DNA of 20,000 nt from positions 68,701,037 to 68,721,036 of the forward strand of contig NC_057718.1 in assembly GCF_004010195.1 (NCBI RefSeq). The letters run 5' to 3'. The DNA comes from Chiloscyllium plagiosum. Taxonomy: Eukaryota. Positions 10,286 to 20,000 of this stretch are shown piece after piece; the stretch's first letter is position 1, and each line of letters starts with the position of its first letter. A program made the translations under genes and the position numbers. The notes below the pieces were generated by a model. The model made no database searches, was not told the origin of the DNA, and saw only the letters and a program-made list of their open reading frames with translations.

Positions 10286-11337
10286 TGAAATAAACAACGA
10301 AAGGACAGAGGAGGAAATGTACATTTATAGTTTAGGAATTCATTATTTAATGAGAAACAGGAATGGAAAAGAGGAAAGATGATGAGTTTGGATTAAAACT
10401 TACAAAAAAAAGTAAAATGTCAATTTTAAATTTTAAGTTTTTAAATTGCCAACAATTAATATCCAACTTTTGTTAGAATAATTTTAGTCTATGATTTGTT
10501 GGCAGTAATTAAATGATGATTTTCTTGAAAGGATACCAGAAGTTGAAATTACAAGATTTAACCTTATTTACTATCTGGTAACTTTACAACATGCAGTGCA
10601 TGTCAATGGTCAGGCAAATAGCAAACTGTCATTTTTGTAAACTATAGAGTGATGCAACTTAGACTAGCAGCCTCTTAATGTTAGGATTTAATGCTAATCT
10701 ACAGTTATTTTATCATTATATCTTTTCGCAAATCACAGTGATAGCACCTGGTCCAGTACACTAATATTACAGTAATATTACAATGTGTTACTTTAGCAGA
10801 ACACTCTGAGCAGATGGACTTTAGCTACCTTGTAAACATGTCATGCTAGTCATTGATCTCAATGTTAGCAGGTGAGTTGTGTTGTAATGGGACTGGAGGT
10901 GGGGGAAAGGGTTCTGGGCAATATTATAGGCTGCCCACATACAGCCTTTCAGCTTTAACAGAATTTTCACCAGGAAGCCAACTGCAACTGCATATAAGGA
11001 GCTGATATGGAGGGTGGAGGTCTGATTTCCAACTGCAAGACGGGTCTTTGTATTTGGTGCAGGGAAGGTTGGGTCCAAGGGAAAAAAATAAGTTTGGGGT
11101 TAAAACACTTAAATTGCTGCTTTGAGGAAACAGATTGCCTGTCCCCCTCTCCTATTTTTGTGAAATGGGGAATTGAGCAATTTGAGCAGGTTGGGGCTTG
11201 GGTTTGAAAATTCAAAAATTGACATCTGACAACAACTCATTTTTGAGTTGGAATTACAGTTTGCCCCGGTGGGCCATCACGAGGTCCGTATTTAAATATA
11301 AAACAACAATATAAACCTAAATGTTTTCTTAATCTAG

Positions 11338-11625
<288 letters not shown>

Positions 11626-11773
11626 TGACTGTTTCTACAACTTGAATTTGGCTAAGGATAGTCAGTCTACTGAATGCAACCATGTGTGAGCTGATGAACA
11701 TGCTTTGGATTGCACACTACAACTGGCACAATTGTTTTATTTTCTAATAGATTTACGGATTTACTGAATACAT

Positions 11774-12097
11774 GGGCGGCACGGTGGCACAGCAGTTAGC
11801 ACTGCTGCCTCGCAGCGCCAGAGACCCGGGTTCAATTCCCGACTCAGGCGACTGACTGTGTGGAGTTTGCACGTTCTCCCCTTGTCTGCGTGGGTTTTCT
11901 CCGGGGGCTCCGGTTTCCTCCCACAGTCCAAAGATGTGCAAGTCAGGTGAATTGGCCATGCTAAATTGCCCGTAGTGTTAGGTAAAGGGGTAAATGTAGG
12001 GGTAGGGGTATGGGTTGGTTACGCTTCGGCGGGTCGGTGTGGACTTGTTGGGCCGAAGGGCCTGTTTCCACACTGAAATTAATCTAATCTAATCTAA
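11774..12097 (+). mobile_element. Full-length tRNA-derived HE1-type V-SINE
   Basis: Head GGGCGGCACGGTGGCACAG with A box, B box GGTTCAATTCCC (11829-11840), V-domain GGAGTTTGCACGTTCTCCCC..GTCTGCGTGGGTTT..TCCGGG.GCTCCGGTTTCCTCCCACAGTCCAAAGA, CR1-like 3' end and (AATCT)n tail. Many intact CpGs suggest a young copy. Confidence 0.92.
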
Positions 12098-12244
12098 ACA
12101 TACTTGCAAATTACAGCTCCTGTGCACTAATAATCTGCCAAAATATATATAAAATCCAAGCTCGCTTAAAATTGAAAATCTATGATAAATTAAAAATATA
12201 CATCAATATTAAATGTTCAAGCTGCCTGTCATACAAAAATACCT

Positions 12245-12710
12245 AGTGCTCCCTTTAGCCCTAAGAATTATATTTATCTCCTTGAAAACATTCAGTTTTC
12301 TGTCCTCAACTGCTTTCTGTGGCAGAAATTTCCACAGGCGCATCACTCTTTGGGTGATGACATTTTGGTTGATCTCCGTCTTAAATGGCATACCCCATAT
12401 TCTTAAATTATGACCTTGTGTCCCTCCAGTCATTGAGAACATTCTTCCTGAGTTTCTCTCTCTGTTCCTGTTTGAACTTTATAGGTTTCTGAGATTCCCT
12501 CCTCATTCTTCCAAACTTCAGTGAATGTAGTCTTAATTGATGGGGGTGCGGCTATCTCTTTATCCTGTCACCCCAGGAATCAGTCCAGTAAACTTGTGTT
12601 GCACTGTCTCTGTAGCCAGAACATTCATCCTCTGATTAGGAGGCCAAAGGTACATTTAATGCTCCAAGTGTGGTCTCAGCAATGCCTTGTACGATTATAA
12701 CAAGAATATT
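12245..12710 (-). mobile_element. Older CR1 3' fragment
   Basis: ORF 12209-12442 (TQGHNLRIWG.PFKTE...TQRVMRLWKFLPQKAVE) is the CR1 ORF2 C-terminus. Confidence 0.82.
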
Positions 12711-12744
12711 CTAACTTCACAAAACAAAAACAAATAGATATGCT

Positions 12745-13105
12745 GGTGATAGAGAAATTGGAAGAATGGAATGGAATGCTCTAGATATGTGAATTTGTAG
12801 TTGAGACGTGTGGATATTGGTAGTTTTATGGTGAATATTAATTGATAATATATCCTCGAAATAGAGTGAAACAAGTCAAGGAAAGGTAGAATCGAAGGTG
12901 GACTGTCTTGAAGCTGGGAAAAATGTGGAAATTGGAAGGGAAGTTAATGGCAGGTTTTAATTTTGGTGGGGATCGGGGGAGGAACACCAAAATGATGATC
13001 ATTATACCTGGAAAAAAGTGTCGTGGTGGGAGGCCTTAGTAGGACTGAAAGAAAGAATGTTATGTGTCACACAAAAAGGAAGGCAGAGCTAGGACCCATA
13101 GGATA
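12745..13105 (-). mobile_element. Penelope-like element reverse transcriptase fragment (downstream part)
   Basis: Minus strand gives MGPSSAFLL (cf. MGPSYACLF), FSRYNDHHFG (cf. FRYIDD..G), INFPSNFH, FLDL, IPFSQFL-like motifs, in Penelope RT order. Confidence 0.72.
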
Positions 13106-13110
13106 TCTGT

Positions 13111-13425
13111 GGTGGCATAGTGGTACAGTGGTTAGCACTACTGCCTCACAGCGCCAGAGACCCGGGTTCAATTCCCACCTCAGGCGACTCTGTGTGGAGT
13201 TTGCGCATTCTCCCCGTGTCTGCATGGGTTTCCTCTAGGTGCTCCGGTTTCCTCCCACAGTCCAAAAATGTGCAGGTTAGGTGAATTGGCCATGCTAAAT
13301 TGCCCGTAATGTTAGGTGAAGGGGTAAATGTAGGAGAATGGGTCTGGGTGGGTTACGCTTCGGCAGGTCAGTGTGGGCTTGTTGGACCGAAGGGCCTGTT
13401 TCCACACTAAGTAATCTAATCTAAT
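13111..13425 (+). mobile_element. Full-length HE1-type V-SINE, second copy
   Basis: Near-collinear with 11774-12097; B box GGTTCAATTCCC; (AATCT)n tail. Confidence 0.92.
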
Positions 13426-14107
13426 TAATGGTAAGATCCTAGAGAGTGTCGCTGAACAAAGAGACCTTGGAGTGCAGGTTCATAGCTGTTTGAAAGTCCA
13501 TTTGGAGGTAGTTAAGAGAGTGAAGGAGGTGTTTGGTATGCTTTTCTTTATTGGTCAGAGTATTGAGTACAGGGGTTGGGAGGTCATATTGTGGCTGTAC
13601 AGGACAGTGGTTAGGCCACTGTTGGAATATTGCGTGCAATTCTGGTCTCCTTCCTATTGGAAAGTTGTGAAACTTGAAAGGGTTCAGAAAGGATTTGCAA
13701 GGATGTTGCCAAGGTTGGAGGATTTGAGCTATAGGGAAAGGTTGAATAGCTAAGGGGCGTAATCCCTGGCACATCAGAATCTGAGGGGTGACCTTAAGGA
13801 GGTTTATAAAATCATGAGGGGGCATAGGTTTAGGGTGAGAGGGGAGAGATATAGAAGAGACCTAAGGGGCAACTTTTTCACAGAAGGTGGTTAGTGTATG
13901 GAATGAGTTGCCAGAGGAAATGGTGGAGGCTAGTACAATTGCAACATTTAAAAGGCATCTGGATGAACATATGAATAGGAAAGGTTTGGAAGGATATGGG
14001 CTAGGTGCTGGCAGGTGGGACTAGATTGGGTTAGGATATCTGGTCAGCACGGACAAATTGGACCGAAGGGTCTGTTTCTGTGCTGTACATGTCTGTGACT
14101 CTATGAC
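13426..14107 (+). mobile_element. CR1 LINE 3' fragment
   Basis: ORF 13472-13753 (LYRTVVRPLLEYCVQFWSP...LERVQK.FARMLPRLEDLSYRERL); GACTCTATGAC tail. Confidence 0.92.
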
Positions 14108-15058
14108 CTGATCAGGTGTACTCTAGAACTCTGTGCTAAGCTAGGGAAGTGATTGCAGAGCCTCTTGCAGAGATATTTGTATAATCGATAGTCACAGGTA
14201 AGGTGCCAGAAGACTGGAGATTGGCTAAGGTGGTGCCACTATTTACAAAAGGTGGTAAGGACAAGTCAGGGAACTATAAACCAGTGAGCCTGACATCTGT
14301 GGTGGGCAACATTTTGGAGGGAATCCTGTGGGACAGGTTATACATTTATTTGGAAAGGCAATGACTGATTAGGGACAGTCAACGTGGCTTTGTCTGTGGG
14401 AAATAATGTCTCACAAATGTGATTGAGTTTTTTGAAGAAGTAACAAAGAGGATTGATGAGGGCAGAGCGGTAGATGTGATCTATATGGACTTCAGTAAGG
14501 CATTCAACAAGGTTCCCCATGGGAGACTGGTTAGCAAGGTGTCCTTCCTATCAGAAGGATGTTGTGAAATTTGAAAGGGTTCAGAAACTATTTACAAGGA
14601 TATTGCCAAGGTTGGAGGATTTGAGCTGTAAGAAGAGGTTGAATAGGCTAGCGCTGTTTTCCCTGGAGCATCAGAGGCTGAGGGTTGACCTTATAGAAGT
14701 TTGTAAAATCATGAGGGGCGTGGATAGCATACATAGACAAGGACTTTTCCCTGGGGTGGGTAAGTCCAGAACTAGAGGCCATAGGTTTCGGGTGAGAGGG
14801 GAAAGACGTAAGAGTCCTAAGGGGCAACCTTTTCTCGCAGAGAGTGGTGCGTGTGTGGAATGAGCTGCCAGAGGAAGTGTTGGAGGCTAGTACAATTGCA
14901 AGATTTAAAAGGCATCTGGATGGGTATATGAATAGGAAGGGTTTGGAGGGACATGGGCCAGGTACTGGTAGGTGGGACTAGATTTGGTTGGGATATCTGG
15001 TCGGCTGGGACGAGTTGGACCAAAGGGTCTGTTTCCGTGCAATACGTCTCTGACTCTG
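14108..15058 (+). mobile_element. CR1 LINE with large internal deletion (junction 14540/14541)
   Basis: EDWRLAKVVPLF, GNYKPVSLTSVVG, IYMDFSKAFNKVPHGRLVSK joined directly to SYQKDVVKFERVQK; 3' UTR ends TGACTCTG. Confidence 0.92.
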
Positions 15059-15059
15059 T

Positions 15060-15240
15060 GAAAAGGTGCTTGGCAAGGGATGAGAAAATAGTGTCAGGAT
15101 GGAAAGAACTTATTTTGTGGGGCAGTAGTAAGCAAAATGATAGATCAGTTAGGCCAATCTTTCTTGTGAATCTTTGAAAGGAGGTAGAAATAAGCTCATG
15201 AGTGTAGTTGGAGGATTTCCATGTTGTTTGAAGAAACATC
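15060..15240 (-). mobile_element. Penelope-like element RT fragment (upstream part)
   Basis: Minus strand gives FYLLSKIHKKDWPN*SII (cf. FYLLPKIHK..CPGRPIV) and PDTIFSSLAKHL (cf. LDSIFSPLVQSL). Confidence 0.75.
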
Positions 15241-15756
15241 CAACTACAGCTGAGCACCTTGATCTGACTGGCTAAACAGCCAGGAGTTGGCTCAGTAATG
15301 AATTCACAGATTGAGCTTCCAGTTCTCTGCTGGAGACTAGATTATGCACTGAACTTGGAATCTGATTACTAGTGCTATAGACTAGGCTGGGAATGTTGTT
15401 TAGAAACAGCGTAAGTTCGCCAGCACGCAACTAGCTTGAACTTTCAGTAAAGAAAAAGTTTGAATGGCTTAATTTTTATTTGCTTTCAGTTCTTTAAGAA
15501 TCTAGTTAATGTTTACAGAACAGTAAGGTTGTGGTGTGTTCTTTTCCTCTTAGAGTTACACAGATAAAAGATTGTATTTTAAGAACATTGTATTTTAATT
15601 TGAAACTGGTTACATTTTGTATTTTATTCAAACATGGTGTAAATTTTAATGACTTGTTTAAATTCTTGATTTTGTGCATCATAACTAATGAAAGTTTTAT
15701 AACCATCTCTGTCTGGCATTTAAAGATTATAAACCTATAAAATTTGTGTGATTTAA

Positions 15757-17095
<1,339 letters not shown>

Positions 17096-17480
17096 CTTTG
17101 CTTGTGTCTTTATAATCTCTTATAGTCTGCCTATGTATGCGTTCGGCTGTCGGACTGTGCCTCTGTGTCTGTCCCTCTTGCATGCTTGTGCTCTCTCTAA
17201 TAGTCTCTGCGTGTGTGTCTTCCATATCATCTGTGTCTCACTCTCTCAATCACCCTCTGCCTATGCATGCCCCTTACTATTATTCTATGTCTGTTTCTCG
17301 CCATCACTTATGTATCGCGCTATCTCTCTGACTGTCTCACTGACCAGCTAGCTGTTTTGTATAATTGCTGACTGTCTTGCTCAGTAGTGATACTTGCTCA
17401 GTCGCTGACTCTTGCTCTCTCCTCCCTTCTTTCTGCTTTGCATTCACTGCCTTCCTTTCTCTCGTCTATGCCGACTAGGT
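17096..17480. repeat. Degenerate CT/GT-rich low-complexity tract
   Basis: Pyrimidine-rich TCTC/TGTC/TGTG mosaic with no stable period. Confidence 0.7.
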
Positions 17481-17491
17481 TTCTTAAACTG

Positions 17492-17822
17492 AATCATAGA
17501 ATCACTACAGTGTGGAAACAGGCCATTCAGCCCAATGGGTCCTCACTGAGCCTCCAAAGAACATCCGACCCAGACCTGTTCCCTTACCCCATTCCTGTAA
17601 ACCTGCATTCACCAAGCCTGCACTTTTCTGAAAACTATGGCCAATCTACCTAACTTGCACATCTTTGGACTGTGGGAGGAAGCCACAGCACCTGGCTGAA
17701 ACCCACGCAGACATGGGGAGAATGTGCAAACTCCACACAGACAGTTACCAGAGGGTGGAATCAAGCCCTGGTCTCTGGTGCTGTGAGATAGTAGTACTAA
17801 CTGCTGAGCCACCATGCTACCC
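17492..17822 (-). mobile_element. HE1-type V-SINE, diverged variant on the minus strand
   Basis: Reverse complement starts GGGTAGCATGGTGGCTCAG, contains the V-domain and ends GTGATTCTATGATT. Confidence 0.88.
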
Positions 17823-19030
17823 TAAACTGATCCCATTTACCTGCATTTGGCCTATATCCATGTAAATCTATCCTATCCACGTACCTGTACAAATGTCATT
17901 TTTTAAAATTGTAATTGTACCTGTCTCTATCACTACCACTTCCTCTGGCAGTTCGCTCTATATATGCACCGCTGTCTGTGTGAATAAAGTTGCCCCTCTG
18001 GTCCCTTTAAAACCTAGCCCTCTCACCTTAAAATTATGCCCTCGAGCTTTGGACTCTCCTACCTTGCGGAAAAGACCTTGGCTATTCACCTTATCTATGC
18101 CCCTCAGGATTTTATAAATCTGAGTCTCCTGTGATCCGGGGAAAAAAAAAGAGTGCCAGCTTATTCAGCCTCTCCTTCTAATTGAAACCTTCCAGTTTCA
18201 ATCACATCCTTCTTAAAGTAGGGTGAGCAGAATTGTATGCAGTACTCCAAATGTGGATTACCAATGTCTTGTACACCTGTAACCTGACGTCCCAACTCTG
18301 TAGTCTGTGCTCTGATTGACGAAAGCAAGTATGCCAAACGCCGCCTTCACTATCCTGTCTACTTGTGATGCCATTTTCAAGGATCTATGTACCTGCACCC
18401 TAAATCTCTTGGTTCAACAACACCCTGCAGCGCCCTACCACTAACTGTAAGTCCTGCTGTGATTTGTCCTATCAAAATGCAACACCTTGCATTTAACTGA
18501 ATTAAACTCCATCTGCTATTCCTTAGATCACTGGCTCAGTTTATCAAGATTCAGTTATAATTTTAGATGGTCTTTTTTACTGTCCTTTAGACCACCAATT
18601 TTAGTGTCATCCGCAAACTTGCTAACCATGCCTCCTACGTTCTCATCCAAATTATTTATATAAATGGTGAACAATGGACCCAGCTCTGATCCTTATGGCA
18701 CACCACTGGTCATAGGCCTCCAGTCTGAACAACTCACTACCACCACACTGTCTCCTATCGTTGAGCTAATTTGTATCCAGTTGGCCTGCTGCCCCTGGAA
18801 CCAATGTGATCTAACCTTAATAACCATTCCACCATGCCCTACCATGTCAAAGGCCTTGCTAAAGCTCATGTAGATAATGTCTATCGCTCCAGCCTTCATC
18901 TACCTACTTGGCCATCGTCTCAAAAAATTCAACCAAGTTTGAGAGACATGATTTCCCATGCAGAAAGTCATGCTGGCTCTCCTTAACCAGTCCTTGCCTT
19001 CGCAAATGCATGTAGATCCTGTGTCTCAAT
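17823..19030 (-). mobile_element. CR1 LINE, RT to 3' UTR, extreme 3' tip missing
   Basis: ORF 18693-18899 (IDIIYMSFSKAFDMV...SDWRPMTSGVP); minus-strand KFADDTKI at ~18598-18620. Confidence 0.9.
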
Positions 19031-19069
19031 CTCCTCTTGCTTGCTGCCTCTATCTCGCTCACGCTTGCT

Positions 19070-19125
19070 ATCTCTCTCTCTCTGTCTCTCTCTCTCTCTG
19101 TCTCCCCCTTGGTGTGTGTCTCCCC

Positions 19126-19164
<39 letters not shown>

Positions 19165-19206
19165 TCTCTCTGCAATCCTCAGCCCTCGTGTGTGTGCGCG
19201 CGCGCG
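19070..19206. repeat. Compound microsatellite (CT)n / (TG)n / (CG)n
   Basis: (CT)-rich 19070-19100, (TG)~17 at 19128-19162, GTGTGTGTGCGCGCGCGCG at 19188-19206. Confidence 0.92.
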
Positions 19207-19618
19207 AGTCTGATTTACTGGTGTTGGACCTCCCTCTCTCTGTCCTGAGCTCCCTCCCAGCTGAGTAAAGGGGATGCAGGTACTGAATAGAGCACTGACT
19301 CCTTCCTCTGTGTCCAGTGGTCTGCCCCTCCCCAGGCCCCTCTATTTATTTATTTCTTTCTTTCTTTCTTTGAGCTCCCTCCCTTGGCTTTGAGGCGCTC
19401 CTGGAGATGTGCCGAGCTGGTGACAGGCACTAGAGAAATGCAGGGCTCTTCCTCCTCCTTGGCGCCATAGGAAGAGAGCCCTGTGCTTTGTCACTCCAAG
19501 GGGGTGTGTGTATCTCCCTCATGGCCCCTTCTCTCACACTCTCACTGCTCAGTACACACTCTCGCTCGCACAAGCACCACTCCATACACACCCACGCGCT
19601 CACCCTCTCTCTCACACA

Positions 19619-20000
19619 CCGCACAGTACACACTCACCCCCTCTCACACCGCTCTGTACACACTCACCCTCTCTCACACTGCTCAGTACACACTCACCCT
19701 CTCACACACACTGCTCAGTACACACTCACCCTCTCACACACACTGCTCAGTACACACTCACCCTCTCACACACACTGCTCAGTACACACTCACCCTCTCA
19801 CACACACTGCTCAGTACACACTCACCCTCTCACACACACTGCTCAGTACACACTCACCCTCTCACACACACTGCTCAGTACACACTCACCCTCTCACACA
19901 CACTGCTCAGTACACACTCACCCTCTCACACACACTGCTCAGTACACACTCACCCTCTCTCTCACACACACTGCTCAATACACACTCACCCTCTCACACA
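19619..20000. repeat. 32-bp minisatellite, unit CTGCTCAGTACACACTCACCCTCTCACACACA, running off the window
   Basis: Units start at 19679, 19711, 19743, 19775, 19807, 19839, 19871, 19903, 19935 (36 bp) and 19971; diverged 30-bp units at 19619 and 19649. Confidence 0.95.

Noticed and set aside
11774..11845. tRNA gene
   Set aside because: A/B boxes are present but continue into a V-SINE body and LINE-like tail, repeated at 13111 and 17822; it is a SINE head.
15280..15420. Possible further tRNA-SINE head (GTTGGCTCAGT...)
   Set aside because: No convincing B box or body; too degraded to call.
18958..19633. Cys/Val/Ser/Leu-rich ORFs
   Set aside because: Translations of (TG)n and (CT)n microsatellites.
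19619..20000. Regular 32-bp repeats as a CRISPR array
   Set aside because: Units are head-to-tail with no unique spacers, in vertebrate intronic context; it is a minisatellite.

Overview
Eukaryotic, AT-rich, repeat-dense genomic DNA. The repeat content (HE1-type V-SINEs, CR1 LINEs, a DeuSINE, Penelope fragments) points to a cartilaginous fish, probably a shark; this is inference. The window lies inside the sorting nexin-9 gene (SNX9, + strand). It holds four consecutive phase-compatible GT-AG coding exons (5880-6027, 8844-8928, 11338-11463, 15808-15925) encoding the end of the acidic low-complexity region, the N-terminal yoke segment and the first half of the PX domain. The introns are layered transposon fossils: a PIF/Harbinger transposase split by a CR1, many CR1 copies on both strands, three tRNA-derived SINEs, a DeuSINE, a Penelope RT split by a SINE+CR1+CR1 block, and a 32-bp minisatellite at the right edge. 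The most notable items are (i) an 89-bp insertion starting at a hammerhead-ribozyme core with a perfect 13-bp target-site duplication, and (ii) an unidentified ~215-bp element present twice with matching ends. Nearly all ORFs in the supplied track are spurious, transposon-derived or exon read-through. Repeat family names come from my recognition of motifs, not database searches, and most repeat boundaries are approximate.
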